Source: an uncultured bacterium (GTDB lineage Bacteria; Krumholzibacteriota; Krumholzibacteriia; LZORAL124-64-63). Taken from it: a stretch of 64,000 bases of DNA. Location: contig CAVSGO010000007.1 of assembly GCA_963727525.1 (NCBI GenBank), forward strand, positions 640,001 through 704,000, read 5' to 3'. The notes beneath the pieces were generated by a model, which saw nothing but the letters and a program-made list of their open reading frames with translations, made no database searches and had not been told where the DNA came from. Position 1 is the first letter of the stretch. Each line of letters opens with the position of its first letter. Of this stretch, positions 1 to 9,626 are shown in pieces. The position numbers and the translations under genes were made by a program.

Positions 1-1208
1 GCGGGGCGGTCCTTCTCGAGGTGCCGATGCCCGGTGCGCACTCCGTGAGCTTCGGCATATGGCTGCGGCGCGGCAGCAGCGACGAGGCGGCCGACCGCAG
101 CGGGCTATCGCATTTCCTCGAGCACATCGTCTTCAAGGGCTCGCAGTCGCGGTCGGCTTACGAGATCGCCGCGGCCTTCGACGCCCTCGGCGCCAGCGTC
201 GACGCCTACACCACCAAGGACCACGTGGCCTTCAGCATCAAGGTGCTGCCGGAGTACTTCCCGGCGGCCGTGGTGGTGCTGGCCGATATGGTGCTTCGCC
301 CGGCTCTCGACCCCGCCCAGATCGCCCTGGAGCAGGAGGTGGTGTGCGAGGAGATCCAGGAGGCGCGCGATACGCCCGAGGATCTCCTGCACGACGCCTT
401 CGCGGCCCACGTGTACGGCGATCACCCGCGCGGCCGGCCGATCCTGGGCACGCCCGAGTCGGTGAACGCGCTGGACGCCGGGTTGCTGCGTACCGAGCAC
501 GGGCGGCTGTTCAGTGGGGCTAACCTCATCCTCAGCCTGTCTGGCCGGCTGGAGCCCGGCTTCGCCGAGACCGTGGGGGAGGTCTTCACACCGGCCGGCG
601 ACGACGCGCCGCCGCCGCGGGCCGCCGCGGATGCGCCGGCGTCGGGTTCGGTATCGTCGCGGCTCGAGCTGCACGGCCCGATCCTGCAGAGCTACTTCGA
701 GATCGGCAACCGCGGCGTGGCCTATCTCGATGAGGACCGCGTGCCGGTCTTCTTGCTGAGTAATATTCTCGGCGGCGGCATGAGCAGCCGCATCTTCCAG
801 GCCGTACGCGAGCGGGAGGGCCTGGCCTACACGATCTACACCTACAGCGACATGGGCCGCGACGTGGGGCTCGTGAGCTGCGCCGGTAGCTGCTCTCCCG
901 GGAAGGAGGCGCGCCTGCACGATCTGGTGCGTTCCGAGTACGCCCGCTTCCTGCGCGACGGCGTCACTATCGATGAGCTGGCCGCGAATCAGGCGCAGAT
1001 CAAGTCGCAGCTCATCTTCTCCCTCGAGGGCGTCACGAATCAGATGGCGCGCGCGGCGAAGAACGAGAGCCTCTTCGGCCGCTGGGTGCCGCTGGTGGAG
1101 TTGGTGGCCCGTATCGACGCGGTCGACCGCGACACCATCGCGCGCTGCGCGGAGACGTACTTCCATCCTGATCGATTGGTGATCGCGACGCACGGGCCGG
1201 CGCGGTAG
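1..1208 (+). CDS. M16 family zinc peptidase (pitrilysin/MPP-like), 5' end outside window
   Basis: Inverted zincin motif HFLEH (HxxEH), then FKGS, AYTTKD, VCEEI and a C-terminal GGGMSSRIFQAVREREGLAY. The frame is open upstream of position 21 to the window edge. Confidence 0.92.
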   Translation, partial: GAVLLEVPMPGAHSVSFGIWLRRGSSDEAADRSGLSHFLEHIVFKGSQSRSAYEIAAAFDALGASVDAYTTKDHVAFSIKVLPEYFPAAVVVLADMVLRPALDPAQIALEQEVVCEEIQEARDTPEDLLHDAFAAHVYGDHPRGRPILGTPESVNALDAGLLRTEHGRLFSGANLILSLSGRLEPGFAETVGEVFTPAGDDAPPPRAAADAPASGSVSSRLELHGPILQSYFEIGNRGVAYLDEDRVPVFLLSNILGGGMSSRIFQAVREREGLAYTIYTYSDMGRDVGLVSCAGSCSPGKEARLHDLVRSEYARFLRDGVTIDELAANQAQIKSQLIFSLEGVTNQMARAAKNESLFGRWVPLVELVARIDAVDRDTIARCAETYFHPDRLVIATHGPAR

Positions 1209-1280
1209 GGAGCAAGCGCGTCTGCAGCAGGTCGCGCGGGAATGGGCTGGAGCTGCGCGACGGCGCTTTTCGCGGATGGG

Positions 1281-2438
1281 CTACAGCGCCAGCTTGTACC
1301 CCTGCCCGCTCTTTTCCAGTGCATACCGCCAGCCGAGTCGGTCGACGGTCGTCTGGGTGGCGGGGGCCAGCTCGCCGTCGTGGACGAGGTTCTGCAGGTC
1401 GTCGGGGAAATTTCCATGCTGGTAATGGAAGAGGACGGCGGCCTCGATGACCTCGGCCCGGACCTGGCGCAGGCGGAGGTCGCGGCAGGCTTGCTGGTTG
1501 GCGTCGAGGTAGGATATGGGCACGGCGTTGGCCGACGCCTGGAGTGGGGCGACGGGCGCGGCCAGACCGATCACTGCGCTCTCGCCGAAGACCATGGGCA
1601 GCCAGCGGAATGCGCCGACGCCCAGGACGCCGACCACCACGAGTGCGGTCACCAGCGGGTTCTTCAGGTGGCGGGCGCGGCGCTCGCGGCGTTTGCGCAA
1701 CGGATCGTCCTCGCCGGCGGTGATCTCGTCCTCCGGCTGACACACTTCGATCCAGCCCTCGTCCAGGAAGGTCTTCAGCGTCTCGCGCGTGGTGAAGCTG
1801 TCGACGCGGGCGTGACGCACGATGCGCCCGAGGGGGCGGCCGCTCAGTGCCAGCTTGTAGATGCGCGCGGCGGTGAGGGAGAGAGCGTCGTCGGCCGGCG
1901 CCGTGCGGCCGTTGCGGAACGAGATGAGGGCCGAATCGAGGATCTGCCGGAGCTGCGTCTCCTCGTCGAGGCGGCGTGCGGCTTCCATGAGTAGACTCTG
2001 CACGTCCACCTGGATGCGGCCGCGCACGCCCGGCGGCGTGTCCTTGGTGGCGGTGAAGTGGTAGCGGCCGCGGCGCAGCTTCATGCCGCGGTGGGCCATC
2101 TCCACGGCCACGGACTTGAGGACCTGGATGAGCTGCGCGTCGTCCATGAGCTGCTCGGAGATGAGGATCTCCGTGAGGTCGAGTGAGCTGTTCTTGCGCA
2201 CGAAACCGATGTGCGTCCACTTCTCATCGTTGAAGAAGCCGTAGTTGCGCAGGTAGACCTCGAGCGGATCGGGCGCCTCGCTGCGGCGGTCGCGCGTGGA
2301 GATGAGGATTCCCTTGTCGAAGATGAATACCATCTCGCGCTGGCCTTCCAGGATGAGGAAGCCCGATTTCTGCTGGCTCGCGATGAGCTGCAGGATCTCC
2401 GCGAGATTGAAGTCTTTGAGCTGGCCTTCGAGAGCCAT
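1281..2438 (-). CDS. DUF4388 (PatA-N-like) domain membrane protein with C-terminal pseudopilin/GspG-like segment
   Basis: N-terminus MALEGQLKDFNLAEILQLIASQQKSGFL is typical of DUF4388. One TM helix, then FHYQHGNFPDDLQNLV...WRY. Preceded by a GGAGG RBS. Confidence 0.8.
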   Translation of the reverse strand: MALEGQLKDFNLAEILQLIASQQKSGFLILEGQREMVFIFDKGILISTRDRRSEAPDPLEVYLRNYGFFNDEKWTHIGFVRKNSSLDLTEILISEQLMDDAQLIQVLKSVAVEMAHRGMKLRRGRYHFTATKDTPPGVRGRIQVDVQSLLMEAARRLDEETQLRQILDSALISFRNGRTAPADDALSLTAARIYKLALSGRPLGRIVRHARVDSFTTRETLKTFLDEGWIEVCQPEDEITAGEDDPLRKRRERRARHLKNPLVTALVVVGVLGVGAFRWLPMVFGESAVIGLAAPVAPLQASANAVPISYLDANQQACRDLRLRQVRAEVIEAAVLFHYQHGNFPDDLQNLVHDGELAPATQTTVDRLGWRYALEKSGQGYKLAL

Positions 2439-2478
2439 CGATGTCCTCCTGCGCGCGACGAGTCGCTACGCGACGTTT

Positions 2479-4551
2479 CTATGGGCGGCCCGGTCCGGGC
2501 GCCGTGTCTGTCGTCAATCCCTGGATCAGACGCTCGGGTAGCCGCTGGCGCAGATGCACGGCGTCGATGAGGCCGCCCAGCGCGACCAGTGCCAGCAGCG
2601 CCACACCGATACCCACCGGCCACAGCGCGAGGCCGGGCCAGCCGGCTATGGGCAGCGGCAACCACGTGGGGTGGATCGTTTCCTCGGCCAGCACCAGACC
2701 CGGCGTCTGCCAGGCGGCGGCTGGGTCGAGCGTCCAGGCGAAGCCGGCCAGGTACAAACCGCACGCCACCGTGAAGATGCGCACGACGGCCTTGCCCGTC
2801 TCGCCCAGGGCGAGGTAGCCGGCCCCAGGTACGAAGCGCGCGAGCCGGCACAGGCTGGCCGAGCGCGCCAGACCGGCGGCGCGGCTGCGGTTCTTCAGCA
2901 GAGTGGCCAGCACCATCTCGCTGCGGGCCCGATTCGCGGTCTCGCCGCAGGCATGGCAGAGCCAGGCGCCCTCGCGGTCGAGGCAGCAGTCGCGGCAGAT
3001 TTCGACGCCGCAGTTATCGCAATTGCGGGTCTCTTCCTGGTTGCTCCACCAGAACGTGAGCAGCAGGGCGACCACCAGCAGACCACCGAGCATGAGGAAC
3101 GGCGGCAGCGGCGGGGCGCCGAGGAACGCGTTCCACGCGGCGAGGTCGGCGAGCGGCGGATAGTGCGCGGCTTCTGCGTGGGCCGACGCGCGTAGCTGCG
3201 TGCGTTCGAGCCCCAGGTACACGACCGGAGAGAAGTTGTGGCTGCCTGTGGCTTCCCACACCGGCGGTTCGAAACCGAGATCGCGCGCGTCTTGCAGCGC
3301 CTGACCAGCCTCGGGCACGAAGAGCTTCTTGAAGTACACCTGGGCGAGGTTGTAAGGGATCTCCCCGCGCGTGGGCGCGAGGTCGCGCGCGCGGCGGAAG
3401 TCGCCGACAGCGTCGTCATACCGGCTCTGGAAGTAGGCGTTGTTGGCCAGGCCCACGATGGCCGGCACGAGGTCGGGCTGCTGGCCGAGGGCCTCGCGGT
3501 AGAGGTCGCTGCTGTCGGTGAAGCGTCCGCGCCGTGCTTCCTGGATGGCCAGGGCCGTCTGCAGACGCGCGCGCCGCGCCGGTTGCTCGGCGTCGGCCAG
3601 GCGTTCGCGCAGATCGGCGATGAGGGCGGGATCTGCCGGCAGCGTACTGGCGCGGCCGAGCAGTACCGTCTCGCTGCCGGGGTCGAGCGTGACCACGGCC
3701 TCGCGCAGCGGCGGCCAGTTGGGGAACACGAGCACCATGGTGGCGAGCCAGGCGCCCAGCAGCAGCGAACGGTTGCGACCGCGGGCCTGGATCATCAGCG
3801 GGATCGACAGCAGGGCCAGGCCGCCGAGCACGCCTGGCCGCGCCAGCACCACCGCGACCACCACGAATAGCGGCGTCCAGGTGGCGAAGCCGCGGCGGTG
3901 GTCGCGAAGGTTGATCGCCGCGAGATCATGGGCGATGTAGCGCCAGTAGACGGCAAGGTACGCACCCACCACGACGGCCCAGAACAGCGTCACGAAGACG
4001 AGCAGGCCTTGGTGGGCGAGCATGAGCAGGCGCGGGCTGGCCAGCGGTTCGTTCCACGCCGTGAGCACCGACTTGGGCAAGGCCCAGATCAGTCCGGCCG
4101 GATCGATGCGCTCGAGGGCCTGTGCCACCTGCCACCAGCGCACACGCGCCCGGTCGGCCCCGGACGCCACCGCCTCGTTGAGCAGGTGCTCGGCCTGGTT
4201 GAAGTCGCCCGACTCGGCGGCGCGGCGGGCCTGGAGGAAACGCAATTCCGCGGCCACCGGGTCGTCGAAGCGCGGCGGCGATTGCGGCGGCCGGGATCGT
4301 GGCAGCGATGTGGCCTCGATGTCCGGCAGCAGCGTGCGGCTGATACCGAGATTGGCCGAGGCGGCCTCCTCGGGGGAGGGCGGCACCACATGGGGCAGCG
4401 TGTCCAGCGGCGCCTCGATCGCGATCCCCATGGCCGGAATACCGACGATGAGTCCCAGCGTGACCGTCATCAACATGAAGCCGTAGCGCGAGTTGCGACG
4501 GCCGCAGGTGGCGGTTCCGGAGGCCTGTGATCTGTGTTTTTGCGTCTTCAT
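2479..4551 (-). CDS. Tetratricopeptide-repeat multi-pass membrane protein with Cys-rich zinc-finger-like segment
   Basis: TPR-like helices (AIVGLANNAYFQSRYDDAV; IPYNLAQVY), several TM segments and CDNCGVEICRDCC...LCHAC. The start is uncertain; ATG at 4551 was chosen. Confidence 0.7.
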   Translation of the reverse strand: MKTQKHRSQASGTATCGRRNSRYGFMLMTVTLGLIVGIPAMGIAIEAPLDTLPHVVPPSPEEAASANLGISRTLLPDIEATSLPRSRPPQSPPRFDDPVAAELRFLQARRAAESGDFNQAEHLLNEAVASGADRARVRWWQVAQALERIDPAGLIWALPKSVLTAWNEPLASPRLLMLAHQGLLVFVTLFWAVVVGAYLAVYWRYIAHDLAAINLRDHRRGFATWTPLFVVVAVVLARPGVLGGLALLSIPLMIQARGRNRSLLLGAWLATMVLVFPNWPPLREAVVTLDPGSETVLLGRASTLPADPALIADLRERLADAEQPARRARLQTALAIQEARRGRFTDSSDLYREALGQQPDLVPAIVGLANNAYFQSRYDDAVGDFRRARDLAPTRGEIPYNLAQVYFKKLFVPEAGQALQDARDLGFEPPVWEATGSHNFSPVVYLGLERTQLRASAHAEAAHYPPLADLAAWNAFLGAPPLPPFLMLGGLLVVALLLTFWWSNQEETRNCDNCGVEICRDCCLDREGAWLCHACGETANRARSEMVLATLLKNRSRAAGLARSASLCRLARFVPGAGYLALGETGKAVVRIFTVACGLYLAGFAWTLDPAAAWQTPGLVLAEETIHPTWLPLPIAGWPGLALWPVGIGVALLALVALGGLIDAVHLRQRLPERLIQGLTTDTAPGPGRP

Positions 4552-4907
4552 TCCAGGTTGCAAATCCCGGGAGTGGATACGACAATGACCGCGGTCCGTG
4601 CGGCGGCGCCCACTTCGGGGTTCCGGCGGACCGGGAGGTGGCGAAATGCCACATCCTTTCCCTGCGGGTCGCATGTATCAATGACCGTGCCGACCGTCGC
4701 CCGAACCGTCCGGTTCTTTCTCCGGCTTCCTTGACGCGGCGTGGACGGTCCCGGGCTCGAGGTGCAAGTGGCGTACCGTCATCAGGTTGGCAAGGATGCC
4801 CGGAAGCGGCCATTCGCGAGGGTACGGCCGCGCGGCGGACCGACCGCGGGTGCGGCCACGGCGCCGGCCGTGCAAATATCCCGCTTCGGCTCCCAAGAGG
4901 CGCATTC

Positions 4908-6689
4908 GTGAAGGTGCTGGTGCGTGCATCGCGTGATCTCTGGATCCGCGCGGTTCTGGTGGTCCTGGCCGGACTCTGTGGCCTGGCCGGGCTCCTCATC
5001 GAGATCGGTGCGCGGTCGGCCTTGCAGCGGGGGCGGATGGTCGAGGCGCTCTTCGCCGCGGCCGTGGTGTTGTTTCTCGCCGAGCAGGGCTACGCGGCCC
5101 GGCTGGCGCCCAACTGGCGCACCTTCGTGCGCGCGCGCTGGCCGGGGCTCATCCTCACGGTCTTGCTGATCCTGCAGGTGGCGGTGGTGGCTCTCGCCAG
5201 CGACGCGCACTGGCTGTCGCGTCTCACCGCCGCCGTGCACGTGCGCTCGCTCACCCAGCTCTACCTGGTCCTCGCGCAGTGCTACGTGCTCGCGTTGTTC
5301 GCGGTGAACCTGCCGCGGTTGCACACGCGCTTCGCGTCGCTGCGCCTGCGGCCGGGCCTGGCGTTCCTGCTGGTGTTCGCCCTGCTCATCTTCATGGGGA
5401 CCGGTATGCTCTGCCTGCCGCGTGCCACCCCGCTCGATGCTCCCATCAGCTTTCTCGACGCGCTGTTCACGTCCACGAGCGCCGTGTGCGTGACGGGGCT
5501 CATCGTGCGCGACACGGGCAGCATGTTCACGCCCCTTGGGCAGACGGTGATCCTCGTGCTTATCCAGCTCGGCGGCCTCGGCATCATGTCGCTCACCGCA
5601 GCGCTGAGCCAGCTTCTGGGCCAGGGCATCGGCATCCGCGAGAGCAGCTTCATGCGCGAGATCTTCCAGGTGCCGGTGCTGCACGAGGTGGGCAAGCTGC
5701 TGCGCTTCATCGTACTGTGGACGCTGCTGGCCGAGAGCGTGGGTGCCCTCGTGCTCTATGCCGCGCTGGCACCGGTGGTGCCGGACCCGCGGTCACGCCT
5801 GTTCTGCGCCGTGTTCCACTCGATTTCCGCCTTCTGCAACGCGGGCTTCAGCACTTTCAGCGACTCGCTCGAGGGGCTCGCCGGCAACACTCCGGTGATC
5901 GCCACCATCTCCGCGCTGCTCATCGTCGGGGGCCTGGGCTTCACCGTGGTGCTGAACCTGTTCGTCTGGCTGCGCGCGCGACGCCGCCGCTGGAAAGGGC
6001 GCGGAAGTCCGGCCAAGGTGCGCCTCACACTTCAGACACGTGTCATGCTCGTGGGCACCGTCGGCCTGCTCGCCGTGGGCACCGCGGCGCTCTTGCTGCT
6101 GGAATGGCGCGGCGCCTTCGCGGGCGTGCCATGGCCGCAGCGGCTGGGGCTGGCGTTCTTCCAGTCCGCCACGTGCCGCACGGCGGGGTTCAATAGCGTG
6201 AGCCTGTCATCGCTTTCGCCGCCATCGCTGTTCATGATGATCGTGCTGATGTTCATCGGGGCCGGCCCCGGTTCCACGGCGGGCGGCGTGAAGATCACCA
6301 CGCTGGCCGTGGTGTGGGCGGAGCTGCGCTCGATCGCCGGCAGCCTGAATCAGGTGCGCCTGGGCGACCGCGAGATCGGCAACCTCGCGCTGCAACGCGC
6401 GACGGTCGTGGTGGCGTCGGGCGCGGTGATCGCGGCGCTGGGCACGTTCGTCTTGCTGGTCACCGAGGGCGACGATCTGCTGACGGTGGCCTTCGAGGTG
6501 ATCTCGGCCATGGGCACGGTGGGCCTGAGCCTGGGGCTCACCATGCTGCTCTCGCCGTTCGGCCGCGTGATCATCATCCTGCTGATGTTCATCGGCCGGC
6601 TCGGCATACTCACCTTCGCCTACGGTTTCGTCGGCCAGAGCCGCGACCGGGACGTGCGGTTCCCCACGGGGAATCTGATGATCGGCTGA
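4908..6689 (+). CDS. ktrB: Ktr/Trk K+ uptake membrane subunit (KtrB/TrkH) with N-terminal TM extension
   Basis: Four pore-loop motifs (SAVCVTGL, SAFCNAGF, CRTAGF, MGTVGLS), plus PGSTAGGVKITT and LMFIGRLG. GTG start after AAGAGG. Confidence 0.9.
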   Translation: MKVLVRASRDLWIRAVLVVLAGLCGLAGLLIEIGARSALQRGRMVEALFAAAVVLFLAEQGYAARLAPNWRTFVRARWPGLILTVLLILQVAVVALASDAHWLSRLTAAVHVRSLTQLYLVLAQCYVLALFAVNLPRLHTRFASLRLRPGLAFLLVFALLIFMGTGMLCLPRATPLDAPISFLDALFTSTSAVCVTGLIVRDTGSMFTPLGQTVILVLIQLGGLGIMSLTAALSQLLGQGIGIRESSFMREIFQVPVLHEVGKLLRFIVLWTLLAESVGALVLYAALAPVVPDPRSRLFCAVFHSISAFCNAGFSTFSDSLEGLAGNTPVIATISALLIVGGLGFTVVLNLFVWLRARRRRWKGRGSPAKVRLTLQTRVMLVGTVGLLAVGTAALLLLEWRGAFAGVPWPQRLGLAFFQSATCRTAGFNSVSLSSLSPPSLFMMIVLMFIGAGPGSTAGGVKITTLAVVWAELRSIAGSLNQVRLGDREIGNLALQRATVVVASGAVIAALGTFVLLVTEGDDLLTVAFEVISAMGTVGLSLGLTMLLSPFGRVIIILLMFIGRLGILTFAYGFVGQSRDRDVRFPTGNLMIG

Positions 6690-6710
6690 CGCCGCGGGAG
6701 GTTGGATCGC

Positions 6711-7391
6711 ATGCTCAAGGTGGTCGTTTTCGGACTGGGACGTTTCGGGGCCTCGGTCGCCACGTCGCTCTACGAACAGGGTGCGGAGGTTCTCGCCATC
6801 GATCGCGCGTTACGCCTGGTGGAGGACGTGAAGGATCAGGTGTCCGTGGCCATCGCCTGCGACGCCACGCAGCGGGCGTCGCTCGAAGCGTACGACATCA
6901 GCCACATGGACGTGGCGGTGGTGGGCATCGGCACGAATTTCGAGGCGTCGGTGCTGGTGACGATGAACTGCCGCGAGCTTAAGGTGCCGAGGATCATCGC
7001 CAAGGCGCTCAACCCGATGCAGGCACAGGTGCTGCGGTCGGTGGGCGCGCACCGCGTGATCATGCCGGAGGAGGAGATGGGAGAGCGTCTGGCGAATCAC
7101 CTGTTGCACGGCTCGGTGGTGGACTTCGTGGAGCTGCCCGACGGCTTCTCGCTGCGACGCATCCCGATCCCGGCCGATTGGGCAGGCAAGAAGCTCGCCG
7201 ACCTCAAGCTGCTCGGCGACCGCCGGCTCAACCTGATCCAGATCGTGCGGCCGCAGCGCAAGCTGAGCGATCCGGCCGACCAGGAGAGCGACGTGCTCAA
7301 GATCCCGCTGCCCCATGGCGAGACCGCCCTGGAAGCCGGCGACTTCATCGATGTCATCGGGCCAGATACTGCCCTGCGCAAGTACTTATGA
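6711..7391 (+). CDS. ktrA: Ktr/Trk K+ uptake RCK regulatory subunit (KtrA/TrkA)
   Basis: Rossmann motif GLGRFG, IAKA, VIMPEEEMGERLA. GGAGG RBS; follows ktrB. Confidence 0.9.
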   Translation: MLKVVVFGLGRFGASVATSLYEQGAEVLAIDRALRLVEDVKDQVSVAIACDATQRASLEAYDISHMDVAVVGIGTNFEASVLVTMNCRELKVPRIIAKALNPMQAQVLRSVGAHRVIMPEEEMGERLANHLLHGSVVDFVELPDGFSLRRIPIPADWAGKKLADLKLLGDRRLNLIQIVRPQRKLSDPADQESDVLKIPLPHGETALEAGDFIDVIGPDTALRKYL

Positions 7392-7399
7392 CGGAGATG

Positions 7400-7418
7400 A
7401 AGGGGGAATTTCCCCTTT
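7400..7418 (+). terminator. Possible weak intrinsic terminator after ktrA
   Basis: AAGGGG-gaattt-CCCCTTT hairpin. Confidence 0.35.
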
Positions 7419-7582
7419 GCGGAACCGAGCGGTCGAGGTATGTTGAGCCCGTATTGAGAGTCGATAAGGAATTCCCTAAGGAGCGAGTGTAGCTTCCGGC
7501 GCCGGAGGCTGCGGGAGTTCCCCAACCAGCGCGGTCCATGGTCTGGCACCCGGACCTCCGCGCGGACGTAAGGAGAGAAGTC

Positions 7583-8206
7583 ATGAAGTTGCGGACCATT
7601 GCCTTGCTGACCGTTGTCGCGGCTCTCGTCGCGCTAGCCGGTTGCTCGTGCAAGGAATACGAGGATCAGATCACGGCTCTGGACCAGCAGATCGCCGACC
7701 TGCAGGGCCAGATCGGCGAGCGGGAAGCCACGCTGGCGGAGTGCAACGACATCTCCAACGAGCTGCGCGACAAGCTGAAGGATGCCAAGTCCGAGAACGC
7801 GACCCTGGTCACGCAGATGAACGAGACGGTCATCATCACGCTGGACCAGAGCGTGACCTACTCGTCGAGCCAGTACATCGTTCTGGACACCATGGTCAGC
7901 ACGCTGCAGGCCATTGCCGACGTGATCGGCCAGCATCCCGACTGGGAAGTCTATGTCGAGGGCTACACCGACGACACGAAGATCCTCGAGGAGTTCCAGG
8001 ACCGGATCCCGTCGAACTGGGAGCTTGGTGCGCTGCGCTCGGGCGCGATCACTCGCTACCTCACCAACCAGCTCAATCTGGATCCGAAGCGGTTCGCGGT
8101 GGTGAGCTACGGCCCCTACCGTCCGGTGGCCGACAACGACACCGCCGACGGCCGCGCGCAGAACCGCCGCGTGCGCATCGTGCTGCACAAGCCGGAGAAG
8201 AGCTAG
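7583..8206 (+). CDS. OmpA/MotB-family peptidoglycan-binding lipoprotein with coiled coil
   Basis: Lipobox LAGC, a coiled-coil segment, then VEGYTDD, SNWELGALRS and PVADNDTADGRAQNRRV. AGGAG RBS. Confidence 0.88.
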   Translation: MKLRTIALLTVVAALVALAGCSCKEYEDQITALDQQIADLQGQIGEREATLAECNDISNELRDKLKDAKSENATLVTQMNETVIITLDQSVTYSSSQYIVLDTMVSTLQAIADVIGQHPDWEVYVEGYTDDTKILEEFQDRIPSNWELGALRSGAITRYLTNQLNLDPKRFAVVSYGPYRPVADNDTADGRAQNRRVRIVLHKPEKS

Positions 8207-8231
8207 GCCTCACGCCGACTCTGCACGGATC

Positions 8232-8263
8232 GCGGCCCCCGACTCGCGAGAGTCGGGGGCCGC
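8232..8263. terminator. Stable hairpin between convergent genes (likely bidirectional terminator)
   Basis: GCGGCCCCCGACTC-gcga-GAGTCGGGGGCCGC, a perfect 14-bp stem with a GNRA loop. Confidence 0.7.
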
Positions 8264-8298
8264 TCGTTCTGTCTGCGGTGTCTCGGGCTCCGCCGCGG

Positions 8299-9459
8299 CT
8301 AGCGCATCGCGACGACGTCGCGGCAACCCGCGATCGCCGCGTCGATGTGGGCCTCGGTATTGAAGGGGCCGATCGAGAAGCGCACCGTGCCCTTGGGCGT
8401 GGTGCCGATGCCTTCGTGGGCGAGGGGGGCGCAGTGCAGGCCGGTGCGGGTGGCGATGTCGTGCTCCACGTCGAGGATCATGCCGGCCTCGCCGGCCTCG
8501 AAGTCGCCGATGTTACAGCAGACGACGGGCAGGTGGTGATCGCTGACTCCGGCGCAGTAGAGCGTCACCTTCGGAGTGTCGCGCAGGCCGGCGATGAGTC
8601 GCGCCGCCAGGTTCGTCTCGTGCTGACGGATGCCGTCGATCCCCTGCGCGTTCACCCAGTCGAGGCCGGCGCCCAGGCCCGCGATGCCCACGGTGTTGAG
8701 CGTGCCCACCTCGCAACGGTAGGGGAATTCGTCGAGGTGTGTGCGCACCGCCGACTTCACGCCCGTGCCGCCCCAGCGGATGGAGCGGATGGGCACGTCC
8801 ACGCCCACGATCATGCCGCCGATTCCCGTCGGCCCCATCAACGACTTGTGCCCGGTGAAAGCGAGGAGGTCGACGCCCCAGGCTTCCATGTCGATGGGCA
8901 CCACGCCCGCCGTCTGCGCGGTGTCGAGTGCGAAGAGCACACCCTTCTCCTTGCAGATGCGGCCGATCGCCGCCGCGTCCTGGATCGTGCCGATCACGTT
9001 GGAACCATGATTGACGATGACCAGCCGCGTGTTCGGCTTGATCGCGCGCGCGATGGCGTCAGGGTCGACGAAGCCCTGAGCGTCGAAGCCCACCAGGTCG
9101 TGGGTGATGACGCCGTCCCGCTCCATCACGTAGAGCGGCCGCAGCACCGAGTTGTGTTCGAGCGTGGTGGAAACCACGTGATCGCCCGGCTGGCACACGC
9201 CCTGGATGATGAGGTTGAGCCCGTCGGACGCGTTGGCGCCGAAGATGACGTGATTGTAATCGTGCGCCGGATTGTTGAAGAAGGCGTCGAGTTTGCGCCG
9301 CGTCCCATCGACCATGAGCCCCGCCTCGACCGCGAGATCATATCCCGATCGGCCGGGGTTTACCCCGTAGTTGCGGTAGAAATCGGCCATGGCATCGATG
9401 ACGACGGGAGGCTTCGGGAAGGCGGTCGCAGCATTATCCAGATAGATGACATCGCTCAT
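8299..9459 (-). CDS. Cysteine desulfurase family protein (class V PLP aminotransferase)
   Basis: IYLDNAATAFPKP, EHNSVLRP, DTAQTAG, PLP lysine in TGHKSL, catalytic RTGLHCA. GAGGAG RBS. Confidence 0.92.
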   Translation of the reverse strand: MSDVIYLDNAATAFPKPPVVIDAMADFYRNYGVNPGRSGYDLAVEAGLMVDGTRRKLDAFFNNPAHDYNHVIFGANASDGLNLIIQGVCQPGDHVVSTTLEHNSVLRPLYVMERDGVITHDLVGFDAQGFVDPDAIARAIKPNTRLVIVNHGSNVIGTIQDAAAIGRICKEKGVLFALDTAQTAGVVPIDMEAWGVDLLAFTGHKSLMGPTGIGGMIVGVDVPIRSIRWGGTGVKSAVRTHLDEFPYRCEVGTLNTVGIAGLGAGLDWVNAQGIDGIRQHETNLAARLIAGLRDTPKVTLYCAGVSDHHLPVVCCNIGDFEAGEAGMILDVEHDIATRTGLHCAPLAHEGIGTTPKGTVRFSIGPFNTEAHIDAAIAGCRDVVAMR

Positions 9460-9496
9460 GCTGACTCCTCTCGAACGACGAGACGATCCGGCCCCG

Positions 9497-9525
9497 AATA
9501 TTGCGCATGGACCCGGGGGAGGCAA
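9497..9525 (-). promoter_or_regulatory. Putative sigma70 promoter for the desulfurase gene
   Basis: Minus strand TTGCCT-17 nt-AATATT; the -35 lies in the left arm of the inverted repeat. Confidence 0.4.
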
Positions 9526-9602
9526 GGAGAGGTGGGGATGGGGGCCGGGTCCTTCGAGCGGACGCCGGGCGGACCCGGCCCCCATCCCCACCTCTCCTTG
9601 CC
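9521..9602. repeat. Perfect 32-bp inverted repeat with 18-bp spacer
   Basis: GGCAAGGAGAGGTGGGGATGGGGGCCGGGTCC (9521-9552) and its exact reverse complement (9571-9602). Confidence 0.95.
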
Positions 9603-9626
9603 ACCGCCCAGGGGCGTGGGTATGAT
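9598..9626 (+). promoter_or_regulatory. Putative sigma70 promoter for the SPOR-cyclophilin-uvrA genes
   Basis: TTGCCA-17 nt-TATGAT. Confidence 0.65.
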
